Of a DNA stretch of 64,000 nucleotides, positions 47,248-57,635 are shown piece after piece. How positions within the stretch are numbered: the stretch's first letter is position 1; every line of letters begins with the position of its first letter. The notes below the pieces were generated by a model that was not told where the DNA came from, searched no databases, and worked only from the letters and a program-made list of their open reading frames with translations. A program made the translations under genes and the position numbers. This DNA is from Myxococcota bacterium (GTDB taxonomy: Bacteria > Myxococcota_A > UBA9160 > SZUA-336): assembly GCA_965247115.1 (NCBI GenBank), contig CBDFGR010000003.1, forward strand, positions 1,344,001 through 1,408,000. Reading direction: 5' to 3'.

Positions 47248-49002
47248 TCACCGCCTGGTGAAGAGGAAGTTCTCCTCGATCTTTGCCAGCACATTCTTCA
47301 CGTGGGCGATGTACTGCGGGTAGGTGCCGTTGTAGTTGCCGTCCTGCCGGCGCTGAAACTCGCCCTCGAAGTTGTAGTAGCCCGGCGTACAATCCCGGCT
47401 ACGCGAGGTCTTGCCGCGGTTCGCAATGACCTCTTGCACCCACCATTCCTCGGCCTCCGGTGTGGCATCGATCGAGTGATAGCTGTGTGTTCGGGCGTGG
47501 TGGACGCATGCAGCGATATGGTCGCCCTGCGTCTGGAGAACGTCGGTCAGGTTGAAGCGGAAGGATGCTTGGTAGCCGCCCATGATGAAGAGGTTGGGGT
47601 AGCCATGCGAGTGAACGCCCAGCAGGGTGCGGATTCCGTGGCGGTACTTGTCGCTCAGGTCGAGGTCGTTCTTCCCCCGGATCTGGTTGTAAATCCCGGT
47701 CTTCTGAACCTCGAAGCCCGTGGCGTAGATGAGGAGGTCCAGCTCGTAGACCTTGCCGTCGAAGACCGGTCCGGCCTCGACAATCTCGTTGATGCCCTTG
47801 CCCTTGGTGTCCACCAGGTGGACGTTTGGCCGATTGAACGTGGGCAAGTAGTTGTTGTCAAAGCAGGGACGCTTGCACATGAACATGTACCAGGGCTTGA
47901 GTGCCTCGGCCGTCTCGGGGCTCTTCACGATCTCGTCGATACGCCCGTGGATCCGCATCATCATGTCGATGTTGGCGTTCTCCTGCCTGCGGATCTTCTC
48001 CTCGCGTGACAACGCGGCGATCTTCGCCCTCTGCTCGGGGCTGAGCTCCGGCTCCTTCAGCGCAGCCTCACGCCGCCTTGCCTGCCAGCCGGGTCCGAGC
48101 TTCCGCGCCCAGTTGGGATCGGTGGGCCAATCGTCCTTGATGTCGACGGAGGAGGGGGTGCGCTGGAACACGTACAGCTCCCGGGACGCCTCGCCCAGGT
48201 GGGGAACGGCCTGCACTGCTGACGCCCCAGTGCCGATGATGCCGACAGTCTTGTCCCGGAGACCCGACAGGTCGGACTTGGTGTAGTCGAAGTCCCAGCG
48301 CGACGTGTGGAAGGAGTGCCCGGCAAACGACTCCATACCACCGATCTTCGCCAGCTTCGGCTTGCACAGGGTACCGTTGGCGCAGATCACAAAGCGCGCC
48401 TTCATGTGGTCGCCACGGTCCGTGCTGATGTTCCAGAGCTCCTCGCCTTCGTCCCAGACGGTGGACGTAACCGTCGTCTGGAACACGGCCAGCTCGTACA
48501 GATTGTACTTCTTGGCAATCGCCTGGCAGTGGGCGTAGATCTCGGGACCCTTGGCGAAGTGATTCTTGGGGACGTAGTCCATCTCGTCGAGCAGTGGCAG
48601 GTAGTCGTATGAGATCACGTCACACGCCAGACCCGGGTACCGATTCCAGTACCAGGTGCCGCCCACGTCGCCGCCGCGCTCGACTATGCGAATGCTCTCG
48701 ACGCCGTATTCGCGGAGACGTGCCGAGGTGAGCAGCGCGGAGAACCCGCCACCGATGAACAGGCATTCGACCGTGTCGTTGAGGGCCGGCCGGTGCTCGG
48801 TTTCCCCCGCAAACGGATCGATTGCGTACTTGTCCAGCGCTCCGGTGAGCTCAGAGGTGAACTGCGCCGTGCCTTCCGGACGGTAGCCCAGCCGGATGTC
48901 GCGCTCCTCGGCGAATTTCTCCTTGACGCGATCGTAGTGCTCCTGCGGCTGCCGTGACGCCCGGTCTGCTCGAAACGCGGACAGATTCTGGGGCCTTCTC
49001 AT
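47248..49002 (-). CDS. Baeyer-Villiger monooxygenase (start uncertain)
   Basis: GGGFSA, GGTWYWNRYPG, FAGHSFHTSRWD, GTGASA, CKRPCF, CTPGYYN. Confidence 0.92.
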   Translation of the reverse strand: MRRPQNLSAFRADRASRQPQEHYDRVKEKFAEERDIRLGYRPEGTAQFTSELTGALDKYAIDPFAGETEHRPALNDTVECLFIGGGFSALLTSARLREYGVESIRIVERGGDVGGTWYWNRYPGLACDVISYDYLPLLDEMDYVPKNHFAKGPEIYAHCQAIAKKYNLYELAVFQTTVTSTVWDEGEELWNISTDRGDHMKARFVICANGTLCKPKLAKIGGMESFAGHSFHTSRWDFDYTKSDLSGLRDKTVGIIGTGASAVQAVPHLGEASRELYVFQRTPSSVDIKDDWPTDPNWARKLGPGWQARRREAALKEPELSPEQRAKIAALSREEKIRRQENANIDMMMRIHGRIDEIVKSPETAEALKPWYMFMCKRPCFDNNYLPTFNRPNVHLVDTKGKGINEIVEAGPVFDGKVYELDLLIYATGFEVQKTGIYNQIRGKNDLDLSDKYRHGIRTLLGVHSHGYPNLFIMGGYQASFRFNLTDVLQTQGDHIAACVHHARTHSYHSIDATPEAEEWWVQEVIANRGKTSRSRDCTPGYYNFEGEFQRRQDGNYNGTYPQYIAHVKNVLAKIEENFLFTRR

Positions 49003-49101
49003 GCTTGCGATCCCTTCGACCGGCCATGCTACCAGATCCTTCCTTTGCACCCGCGAAGCGGCCCTCCGCCGCTAGGTCAGGCGGTCTGGCCGCTGGCCGC
49101 T

Positions 49102-50442
49102 TCAGGCAAGGGCCGTCCTGTGGTCGGGGTGAGCTACCGCACGAATGGCCTCGGCACGGGCCTCCAGGGCCAAGCCGCGGACGTCTGCAACCCCATACTC
49201 GGTGACGATGAGGTCGGCTGCGTAGTAGGGAATTGTGACGCGATTCGGGGACTCGATGCTCCGGACGACTCGCGATGTCGAGCCGTCGCCGGTGACCGAC
49301 TTCAGCGCGAGGATCGAGCGTCCGCCCGCCGCCACACTGGCCGCGAAGGCGTAGTCGGGCGCTCCGCCGGGCCCTGACAGCACGCGCGCCCCCACGGTCT
49401 CGCTGTTCACCGCGCCGTCGAGGGCGACTTCCACACCTGACTGGAGCGCGACGAACCGGTCAATCCGCGCCAACACCTCTGCGCCATGCGTGTAGCGAGC
49501 TGGCGCCATGAGAAGCCGCGGGTTGCGGTCGACCCACTTCCTCATGGGCTCGGTGCCCCATACCTCGGCCGTGATCATGTAGCCGTCGTCAAACCCCTTG
49601 CTCGAGCACGTGATCGCTCCCTTCTCCAGCAATTCCGCGCACGTCATCGACACCATGCCCGAGTGCACCGAAAGGTTCTCGTGGTGGCGCAACTGCGCCA
49701 GGATGGCATCGGGAATGGCGCCGACCCCGAACTGGAGCGTTGCACCGTTAGGTACAAGCTCGGCTGCCCGCTTCGCGATCGTCTGGACGACCTCGTCCGT
49801 TGCCGAGTCTGCCGGGCGCGGCCATCGGAACCCCTCGGGGGACTCGACCAGGAGGTCGATCTCCCCGGGCTCGAGCTCACTCGCACCGAAGGTGTACGGC
49901 ACGTGTTCGTTCACCTGAGCAATCACGAGTGGGGCGTTGCGCGCGACGTCGACGTTGCCCCCTGCCGACGTCCCGAGGCTCACCCGACCCTCGGGTCCTG
50001 GCGCACTGACCTGGATGAGGGCTGCGTCGACGGGGTACGGACCGCTGCCGAGGAATAGCCCGGAGAGATCAGAGTAACGGGCAGGCAGGATCGAGACGGT
50101 GCCGGTGTCCCAAAGTCGCTCGAATGCGGGAGTCGCCTGGGTCGTGGTGAAGCGGAAGGGGGCTCCTGCGTGGTCGAAGACCGAGGGGCGACGCACCATG
50201 TACGCCATCACCAGCTCCAGGTCTGTCCAGCGTTCACGATTGGCGCTGAGCGCGTCCAGGAGCGTCATCGGCGTGCCGGACGTGGCTGCGACGAAGACCC
50301 GGGAGTGATCGGCGATGGCCGCGACCGCTTCGTCAGCGCTGACCCACTTGCCAAGCCGCTCGCCCCGCGAGGGAGCGAGGAATGGCAGAAAACGCGCCCG
50401 GCGTGGATCGTTTGCGGCGCGCCGATCGGCATCTGTTGTCAT
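49102..50442 (-). CDS. Acetyl-CoA hydrolase/CoA-transferase
   Basis: LQFGVGAIP, EVALDGAVNSE, SGPGGAPDY, IVTEYGVA, AHPDHR. Confidence 0.9.
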   Translation of the reverse strand: MTTDADRRAANDPRRARFLPFLAPSRGERLGKWVSADEAVAAIADHSRVFVAATSGTPMTLLDALSANRERWTDLELVMAYMVRRPSVFDHAGAPFRFTTTQATPAFERLWDTGTVSILPARYSDLSGLFLGSGPYPVDAALIQVSAPGPEGRVSLGTSAGGNVDVARNAPLVIAQVNEHVPYTFGASELEPGEIDLLVESPEGFRWPRPADSATDEVVQTIAKRAAELVPNGATLQFGVGAIPDAILAQLRHHENLSVHSGMVSMTCAELLEKGAITCSSKGFDDGYMITAEVWGTEPMRKWVDRNPRLLMAPARYTHGAEVLARIDRFVALQSGVEVALDGAVNSETVGARVLSGPGGAPDYAFAASVAAGGRSILALKSVTGDGSTSRVVRSIESPNRVTIPYYAADLIVTEYGVADVRGLALEARAEAIRAVAHPDHRTALA

Positions 50443-50505
50443 GTCGACATCTCGTTGCCCTCGGACATGCTACAGCGTGTAGGATCGGGGTGGAAAGGAC
50501 TCGAC

Positions 50506-51720
50506 ATGACATCCTCAGCCTCCCCGCCGCCCTACGTGCCGCAGGCCATCTTCGCACCCGAGGAGAGCAGCGCACCCGTTCCCCGCGTACTCGTCGCTCC
50601 CAACCGGTACGTTCAGGGCGATGGGGTCTTCGACCATATGGGGCGCTACCTCTCGCTCGTACCGAGCAAGCGGGCAGCGCTGCTGATCTCCCGGCGGCGC
50701 CAGCAACGCGACGGAGTCCGCCTGCAGCAGAGTCTGCGTGACGCCGCCATCGAATCTGTCGTCGTCACGTTCGCCGGCGAGTGCTCCCTCGAGGACGTGG
50801 ATCGCACCGTCGCGACCCTCCGCGCGGAGACGGTGCCGGTAGACTGCTTGATCGCGGCGGGCGGCGGAAAGTGCGTCGATGCGGGGAAGTGCGTCGCCTA
50901 CAGGCTCGGGATTCCAGTCGTCGTCTGCCCGACGCTTGCCTCGAACGACGCCCCGTGCTCCGCCCTTTCGGTCATGTACACGCCGAGTGGCGTCTTCAGC
51001 GATGTCGAGTCCTTCCCCAGCAGCCCCGCTCTGGTAGCAGTCGACACGCGGATCGTTGCCGAGGCCCCCGCCCGCTATCTCGTCGCGGGAATGGGCGACG
51101 CAATGGCAACGTGGTATGAGGCACGAACCTGTCTTGAGAGCCCCCACGCGAGAACCATGCTAGCCGCGCGCCCTACGTTGGCGGCCACCGCCATCGGCGA
51201 GACCTGTGCGAGCACCCTCTATGCCAACGGCCTTGCGGCGGCCAAAGCCGTGGAGCGTTCCGAGGTCAACGAAGCCCTGGAGCGAGTCGTCGAGGCGAAC
51301 ACCCTCTTGAGCGGCATCGGCTTCGAGAGCGGTGGTCTCGCCCTTGCGCACAGCATCGCGCAGGGACTGACCGTTGTACCGGAGGTGCATCAAAACTATC
51401 TGCACGGCGAGATGGTGGCGATCGGCCTGATCGCCCAGCTGGTTGCCGAGAAGGAAACGGAGGAGGCGACAAAGGCCGCAGAGTTCTTCTCCGCGGTGGG
51501 CCTACCGGTGCATCTGGGCCAGGTGTCTCTGTCGCCGCGTGACACCGCCGAGCTGGACGCTGTCGTACAGGCGGCCATGACGCTGCCTTTCGTCCACAAC
51601 GAGCCATTCGAAGTCAGGCCAGAGAGACTGCACGCAGACATGTTGCAGGCACACGAGCTGGGCGTTCGTGTCGCGGAGACTGCTGGAGACGCCGCCTATC
51701 GCGCACTGCGAGCGGACTGA
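50506..51720 (+). CDS. gldA: Glycerol dehydrogenase-like iron-type ADH
   Basis: PNRYVQG, GGGK..D, ASNDAPCS, GMGDA, GFESGGLA.AH, LHGE. Confidence 0.85.
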   Translation: MTSSASPPPYVPQAIFAPEESSAPVPRVLVAPNRYVQGDGVFDHMGRYLSLVPSKRAALLISRRRQQRDGVRLQQSLRDAAIESVVVTFAGECSLEDVDRTVATLRAETVPVDCLIAAGGGKCVDAGKCVAYRLGIPVVVCPTLASNDAPCSALSVMYTPSGVFSDVESFPSSPALVAVDTRIVAEAPARYLVAGMGDAMATWYEARTCLESPHARTMLAARPTLAATAIGETCASTLYANGLAAAKAVERSEVNEALERVVEANTLLSGIGFESGGLALAHSIAQGLTVVPEVHQNYLHGEMVAIGLIAQLVAEKETEEATKAAEFFSAVGLPVHLGQVSLSPRDTAELDAVVQAAMTLPFVHNEPFEVRPERLHADMLQAHELGVRVAETAGDAAYRALRAD

Positions 51721-51735
51721 GAGGGAAGCTCGGGC

Positions 51736-52518
51736 TCAGGCGCTCGAACCGCCGTCCATCACCAGTACCGATCCATTGCAATAGCTCGCCGTCGCAAGGA
51801 AGACGATCGCGTCGGCGGCCTCGTCCGGCGTCCCCAGACGCATGAGTGGACAGAGGGCCGCCGCGGCAGTGGGATCCGAGAGCGCCTGGTCGAACCTCTC
51901 GCGATGCGGTTGGATCATCCCGGTGTCGATGAGGCCTGGGCAGAGGCAGTTGCAGCGAATCTGCTCGCGTCCATAGGTTCTGGCAATCGATCGCGACAGG
52001 TTGATGACGCCGGCCTTGGCAGCCGCGTAGGCGTGCGCGTCGGCCATGCCTCGCGTCCCGCCTACCGAAGACACGTTCACGATCACTCCACCGCCTCGCT
52101 TCCGAAGCTCTGGGATCGCCGCGTGGCACATGAGGTGGGTGGATTCGAGATTGATGCGCAGAACATCACGCCAGGCATCTGCCGGCACGTCGGCAGTGGC
52201 GGCCATGCTGCCCGGCCACTTCAGCTCGTAGGACCAGCCGACACTGGCGTTGTTCACCAGGATGTCGAGCCCTCCGAACGCGACTGCGGTCTCGCCGATC
52301 GCCCTGGCGGCGCCTTCCTCGGTGCCGACGTCGGCGACCACGGACCGCGCCGCGTCACCGTGCTTTCGCGCCTCCTCCACGGCCTCCTCCAGCGTGGCCC
52401 TCGTGCGACCGACGGCCACCACCTTCGCCCCGAGAGCGGCGAACTGCACGAGCGCAGAGCGGCCCATTCCCGTTCCCGCTCCAGTTACGACCACGACTCG
52501 ATCCGCAACGCTGTCCAT
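51736..52518 (-). CDS. SDR oxidoreductase
   Basis: TGAGTGMG, NNAS, YAAAK. Confidence 0.92.
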   Translation of the reverse strand: MDSVADRVVVVTGAGTGMGRSALVQFAALGAKVVAVGRTRATLEEAVEEARKHGDAARSVVADVGTEEGAARAIGETAVAFGGLDILVNNASVGWSYELKWPGSMAATADVPADAWRDVLRINLESTHLMCHAAIPELRKRGGGVIVNVSSVGGTRGMADAHAYAAAKAGVINLSRSIARTYGREQIRCNCLCPGLIDTGMIQPHRERFDQALSDPTAAAALCPLMRLGTPDEAADAIVFLATASYCNGSVLVMDGGSSA

Positions 52519-52596
52519 GCCGTCTCCCGCCTCAGTCTACTTCAAATAGGTCCGCCTTCAGGGCCGAGCTGATATGCTTCGAGCTGAGACGGTTTC

Positions 52597-54006
52597 ATGC
52601 GTGCGCAGCCACCGAGCCAGACGGAGCCCCAATCGGCGCAGGCGACTACTCCTTCCCTCTCCTTCCCCCAAATGCTCACCTACGGAGCGGTGTTCATGCC
52701 ACTCTCCGTGGTCGGCCTGCCGCTCGTCGTCTGGATTCCGGCCGCGTACGCGGAGCTGGGAATTCCGCTCGGCTTGGTCGGTACGATCTTCCTCCTCTCA
52801 CGCCTGAGTGACGCGATCACGGATCCTCTGATCGGGATCGCCAGCGATCGGACGAAGTCGCGAATCGGTCGGCGCAAGCCGTTCATGCTCGCCGGGCTCC
52901 CGTTGTTCATGGTCTCGGTCTACATGGTGTTCGTGCCACCTGCCGAGCCCAGCGGCTGGTACCTGCTTGGCTGGATCTCGCTCATCTTCCTCTCAGCGAC
53001 GATCATGGATCTGCCCTATATCGCCTGGGGCGCAGAGATCTCCCTCGACTACTCGGAGCGCTCGCGCGTTGCCGGCATTCGGGAACAGTTCCACTTCGTC
53101 GGCACGCTCACGACGGTCAGCGTGCCGTTCATTGTGAAGACGTTCTTCGCGATCACGGCTCTGATGGTGTACCTGGAGGTGATCGGCACGATCTTCGTCG
53201 CGGTGCTTCCGTTCACGGTCCTGGCAGCGGTGCTGTGGGTTCCGGAGCGCCCGCCCCGAACCATCAAGAGACCGCCACTCTCGGTAAAGGAGCGCTGGCT
53301 GATCATCGGCCGCAACGGCCCCTTCATGCGCCTGATCTTCTGCTACACAGTCAGCGTCTTCGGCTCGGCCATGACAGGCGCGCTCTCGTTCCTGTTCGTC
53401 AAGCACGTGGTGATGGCCGAGGACCAGTATCCCCTCTACCTGCTCGTCTACTACCTGAGCTCGGTGGCGGCCGTTCCGCTCTGGCGACGCCTGGCAGATC
53501 GGATCGGCAAGCACCGGGCCTCCATCGTTGCCATCTTCTGGTACGCGTTCTTCGCGTCGTTCCTCCCGTTCATATCCCCGGAACACCTCGGGTGGATCCT
53601 CTTCATCATGTGCATGAAGGGAGGCTCGGTTGCGGCGCTGATGTTCCTGCCCTACTCGATGGCCGCAGATGCCATCGACATCGATACGCTGGAGTCCGGC
53701 GAGGAGCGCACGGGGGTCTACTTCGCCGTCTGGGGCATGGTCCGCAAAGGCGCGTACGCACTCGGCGGCGCGGTCGCCTTCTGGTCCCTCGCGTGGGTCG
53801 CGTTCAACGTACAGCTCGATCCCACGCTGTCGGAAGCTGCCGGAGGAAACGCCGCAAGCTCAAAGTTCCTGCTGGCGTGCCTGTACTCGATCATCCCGGC
53901 GGGGTTCTGGTTCCTCTCAATTCCGTTCCTTTGGAGCTACCCGCTCACCGAGGAACGCCAGAAGGAGATCCGAGCTCAGATCGAGACCGCCGAGGTCTCG
54001 GCCTGA
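52597..54006 (+). CDS. GPH/MelB-like MFS symporter
   Basis: DAITDPLIG..SD, GRRKPF, PYIAWGAE, ERTGVYF, YPLT. Confidence 0.9.
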   Translation: MRAQPPSQTEPQSAQATTPSLSFPQMLTYGAVFMPLSVVGLPLVVWIPAAYAELGIPLGLVGTIFLLSRLSDAITDPLIGIASDRTKSRIGRRKPFMLAGLPLFMVSVYMVFVPPAEPSGWYLLGWISLIFLSATIMDLPYIAWGAEISLDYSERSRVAGIREQFHFVGTLTTVSVPFIVKTFFAITALMVYLEVIGTIFVAVLPFTVLAAVLWVPERPPRTIKRPPLSVKERWLIIGRNGPFMRLIFCYTVSVFGSAMTGALSFLFVKHVVMAEDQYPLYLLVYYLSSVAAVPLWRRLADRIGKHRASIVAIFWYAFFASFLPFISPEHLGWILFIMCMKGGSVAALMFLPYSMAADAIDIDTLESGEERTGVYFAVWGMVRKGAYALGGAVAFWSLAWVAFNVQLDPTLSEAAGGNAASSKFLLACLYSIIPAGFWFLSIPFLWSYPLTEERQKEIRAQIETAEVSA

Positions 54007-54024
54007 TTACTGGCGGAGCGATCG

Positions 54025-55104
54025 CTACGGGCGGACCTCGTAGTAGGCGTTCAGCTGGTGCTCGAAGTCGTGACAGCGGAAGCGCGTGAAGCCCGCTTCG
54101 GCCGTCATCGTGCGGGCCAGGTCCTCGGTAAAGCCGAGGGTGCCGAGACCAGCGCCACCGGGCTCCGAGAGCGCGGAAGACATGCAGCTCAGCACAGAGA
54201 AGCCGTACATCATGCCTGCCATGGGGTTGTCCTCCAGGTTCTCCTCGAAGGTCGGCTTGCACTTGATGTCCGCGATGAGCCACGTCCCATCCTCTCTGAG
54301 CGCCCTGCGAATCGCGTGCATTACAGGACTCGGATTGGCCATGTCGTGGATGCAGTCGAAGGTGGTGATGAGGTCGAAGCTCGCATCGTTGGGGATCGCG
54401 TCGCCGTTGGCATCGTGAAAGGTCGCGTTCGTGACCTTTGCCTCCGCCATGTTCTGCGCTGCGTGGACCAGAGCGTGCTTCGAGATGTCGTAGCCGTGGA
54501 AGCGGGAGCTCGGATAGCTCCTTGCCATCTCCAGCAGAGCGACCCCACCGCCGCAGCCGACGTCGGCCACCTTGGCGCCCGCTTCGAGCTTGGCCACGAC
54601 GCCGTCCAACGCGGGCAGAGCGACAGGAACGAGCGTGTTGCGGAACCACGGAGCGAGCAGACGCTCCACTCCCTTGTTTTCGTCCTCTCCGAAAGCGTCG
54701 TAGGGCAGACCGAGTCCGGTTCGGAACGACTCGGGCAGCTTCTCGAGGACGGCGAACTCTGCAGGTAGCCCACTGAAGCCTCCTGCCGAGAAAGCAGGAC
54801 TGGACTCGTCTGCCAGCACCATCTCGCCCTCGGGCGATAGGGCGAAGCGTCCGTCCCCCGCGTAGTCGATCACGTGTGCGGCAGCCTGACCGCGAAGCCA
54901 CTCGCGCAGCCAGCGCTCGTCGAGGCCCGTCTTCAGTGCGAGCTCTTCACTGCTCACCGTGCCCGCGTCGGCCAGCGCCCGGTAGAGGCCGAGCCGGTCT
55001 CCGAGATAGATCATGGCGGAAACGACTGCGCCCCCCAAAAGCCCAAAGATGTGCTCGACTGTTTTCTCCAGCTTCTCTCGGTCTACGGCTCGATCGGTAG
55101 CCAC
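54025..55104 (-). CDS. SAM methyltransferase with N-terminal wHTH
   Basis: GDRLGLY, ERWLREWL, VADVGCGGG, DCIHD; GGAGGA RBS. Confidence 0.9.
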   Translation of the reverse strand: MATDRAVDREKLEKTVEHIFGLLGGAVVSAMIYLGDRLGLYRALADAGTVSSEELALKTGLDERWLREWLRGQAAAHVIDYAGDGRFALSPEGEMVLADESSPAFSAGGFSGLPAEFAVLEKLPESFRTGLGLPYDAFGEDENKGVERLLAPWFRNTLVPVALPALDGVVAKLEAGAKVADVGCGGGVALLEMARSYPSSRFHGYDISKHALVHAAQNMAEAKVTNATFHDANGDAIPNDASFDLITTFDCIHDMANPSPVMHAIRRALREDGTWLIADIKCKPTFEENLEDNPMAGMMYGFSVLSCMSSALSEPGGAGLGTLGFTEDLARTMTAEAGFTRFRCHDFEHQLNAYYEVRP

Positions 55105-55167
55105 GAATCCTCCTGCCTGGCAGATGAGGGAACCCATCTTACAGGGCCGCAGACAGCCTTCGGAAGC

Positions 55168-55377
55168 TCACCCCGCTCGCGGGGTCTTCGTGCTCGCGGT
55201 ATCGCGCAGCATCTGTGCCACCTGGCGAGCCGCCAGCTCGTCCCGCTCTCTCTCCTTTGCGACGTTGGCCACAACGAGGACGATGATGCCCACTGCAAAG
55301 GCGATGACGCCGGGGAAGCCACCAAAGATGCCGAGGGGGGAGAGCACGACTGCGGCAAGGATCTCACTCGCTTTCAT
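55168..55377 (-). CDS. Small hypothetical membrane protein (69 aa)
   Basis: Hydrophobic N-terminal half and charged tail; fills an intergenic gap; sigma28-like promoter upstream. Confidence 0.55.
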   Translation of the reverse strand: MKASEILAAVVLSPLGIFGGFPGVIAFAVGIIVLVVANVAKERERDELAARQVAQMLRDTASTKTPRAG

Positions 55378-55410
55378 GAGCGGGCTTCCCGAGACCCTCC
55401 GTCCCCTGCA

Positions 55411-55438
55411 TCATCGGCAGCGAACGGACCGAGTCTGA
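55411..55438 (-). promoter_or_regulatory. sigma28-like promoter
   Basis: TCAGA-N15-GCCGATGA. Confidence 0.45.
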
Positions 55439-55471
55439 GCGTGCGCAGCCAGCCAGCAGCAGAGGTGCAGC

Positions 55472-56668
55472 TCACGCCGTCATGGCGACGCGCTTGCCGC
55501 GCGCCAGCACGCACAGAGGCTGCTGCAGCGCGCTCAGATCGCTGAGCGGATCGCCGGCAACGACGAGGATGTCCGCTTCCAGGCCGGGGTGCAGGCGACC
55601 CGTGATCGCCTCCAGACCAAGCGCGCGCGCGGACTCGGAGGTCGCGCTGCGCAGGGCATCCGCGTTCGAGAGCTCCGTCATGGCTGCAAACACCGCGAGC
55701 GCCTCTGGCAGGCGGTGGTGCTCCACGCGGGGGATGCCCGCGTCCGTCGACGCGATCAGCCGCACCCCCGCGCGGCGGAGACCCTGCAGAACTTCGGACA
55801 TCCTGCTGCCGAAGGCAGCCACCTTGCTCTCTGGCTCGAGGAAGCGCCTCCAGCCAGCGTTCACGGTCGGGGAGACCCAGGCCCCCCTGGCGGCGATCCG
55901 CTTCACTACCTCCGGGTCGTACCCGCCGCCGAAGCCGGGTCCACCCACAAAGGAACAGTGCTCGATCGTGCGCACTCCAGCCTCCGCGGCGCGTCGTATG
56001 CCTTCGGTTCCGTGACAATGCGCCGCCACCGCGCGCCCGTGCGCGGCGGCCTCGGCCACAGCAAGCGCGATCGCCTCGGTCTCGAACTGGGGATCGCCGG
56101 GGTTGGTCCCCTTCGTGATCACTCCGCCAGTCGCCATCAGCTTGATCCAGTCGGCATCGTGCTCCACCTGCCGTGCAATCACGCTTCGAATCTCGTCGTT
56201 GCTCGCCGCCTCTCCACCCCAGAACCAGCAATGACCCCGCACGGAGGTCACGGGCTGGCCGGCGCACAGGATGCGCGGCCCCGGAATCTCTCCAGCGGCA
56301 ATCCGGTCGCGCAGCGCGATCTCGCGCCATGCCCCGCCGCCCAGATCCCGCGCGCACGTGATGCCCGCGCGGAGCATAGCGAGAGCACGGGCCTCCATGG
56401 CGAGCTCGCGTTCGTCCGCAGCAACCTTGTCCTGATCTTCCGCGGCCTGAATCTGCGGATCGATGCAGAAGTGGACGTGTGCATCGGTGAGACCGGGCAG
56501 CGCCGTCGCACCGTCGTATGACAAGACCTCCGCACCCGCCTCTAGCTCGCCGGAGCTACCGATGGCGACGATCCGCTGGCCCTCTATGCGAATCGTCTGC
56601 GGGGCACGGCTCCGCTGCGCCGCCTCACCGTCCCAGACCCGAACGCCCGTGATCGCGAGACTATCCAC
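55472..56668 (-). CDS. Metal-dependent amidohydrolase (prolidase-like)
   Basis: PGLTDAHVH, IKLMATGG, AAHCHG, IEHCS, STDAG. Confidence 0.9.
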   Translation of the reverse strand: MDSLAITGVRVWDGEAAQRSRAPQTIRIEGQRIVAIGSSGELEAGAEVLSYDGATALPGLTDAHVHFCIDPQIQAAEDQDKVAADERELAMEARALAMLRAGITCARDLGGGAWREIALRDRIAAGEIPGPRILCAGQPVTSVRGHCWFWGGEAASNDEIRSVIARQVEHDADWIKLMATGGVITKGTNPGDPQFETEAIALAVAEAAAHGRAVAAHCHGTEGIRRAAEAGVRTIEHCSFVGGPGFGGGYDPEVVKRIAARGAWVSPTVNAGWRRFLEPESKVAAFGSRMSEVLQGLRRAGVRLIASTDAGIPRVEHHRLPEALAVFAAMTELSNADALRSATSESARALGLEAITGRLHPGLEADILVVAGDPLSDLSALQQPLCVLARGKRVAMTA

Positions 56669-56744
56669 GCGGCCATGCTATCAGGCATGCCCGACGCCGA
56701 GTGGCGTACGCTCCAGATCGAAGCGCCCTTCGTATCCCGCAGCC

Positions 56745-57635
56745 TCAGCCGGGAGCGCGCTCGACCTCCTCGATGAGTCGGCGGTAGCAGCCCAGGCGCG
56801 AGGCGCGCAAGCGCCCTTCGTCGACCGCGCTCCGCACCGCGCAGTCCGGCTCGGAACCGTGGCGACAGTTCCGAAAGCGGCAGCTCGCCGCAGCGTCTGC
56901 GATGTCCGGGTAGACGTCGTCAAGCAGGGCGACATCGACCGGGCCACTCGCGACCTCGCTCACGCCGGGAGTGTCCACAACAACGCCGCCGCCCGAGAGC
57001 TGAATCCAGCTCGCGCTGGTGGTGGTGTGTCGACCGCCACGGGTCCTGGCACTGACGTGTGCCGTCTCCAGTCGGAGCTCGGGCTCGAGCGCGTTCAGAA
57101 GAGAGGTCTTGCCGACTCCGCTGTGCCCCGCAAAGACGGTGATCCCCTCACGTAGCCGCTCGCCCAGCGTCGCAACACCGGTCCCGAACAGAGCGGAGGT
57201 CTGGTACACCTCGAATACTTCCCCGTAGGCCTCGATCTGCTCCGGTAGGGGCTGATCCGCGAGGAGATCTATCTTGTTTGCAACCAGGATCACGCTGAGC
57301 CCGCCCGCGTAGGCCGCCAGCGCGAAGCGATCGACCGCCTCCGAGTGGAAGGGAGGATCCGCGACGGCAGCAACGATCGCGAGACGATCGATATTTGCGG
57401 CGATCACCTGCTGTCGGTGGGGAGCGCGCGTCTGGCGGCGCGCCAGCAGCGTCCGCCGCGGCTTGACATCAATGACGACCTGTCGCTCCAGATCGAAGGA
57501 GACCCGATCGCCCACGGCCAGTGTCTGTTCGCGATGCGCGTGCCTTCCCACCAGACGCAACGGAGTGACGGTGCCGTCGTGGACGGCCTCGCAGCCACCC
57601 CGAAACACGCTGATGACGGTCGCGATCGCCTTCAT
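56745..57635 (-). CDS. rsgA: Ribosome small subunit-dependent GTPase A
   Basis: AVGD.V, AANID, NKID, GHSGVGKTS, GRHTTT, DTPG, CRFRNCRHGSEPDC. Confidence 0.93.
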   Translation of the reverse strand: MKAIATVISVFRGGCEAVHDGTVTPLRLVGRHAHREQTLAVGDRVSFDLERQVVIDVKPRRTLLARRQTRAPHRQQVIAANIDRLAIVAAVADPPFHSEAVDRFALAAYAGGLSVILVANKIDLLADQPLPEQIEAYGEVFEVYQTSALFGTGVATLGERLREGITVFAGHSGVGKTSLLNALEPELRLETAHVSARTRGGRHTTTSASWIQLSGGGVVVDTPGVSEVASGPVDVALLDDVYPDIADAAASCRFRNCRHGSEPDCAVRSAVDEGRLRASRLGCYRRLIEEVERAPG

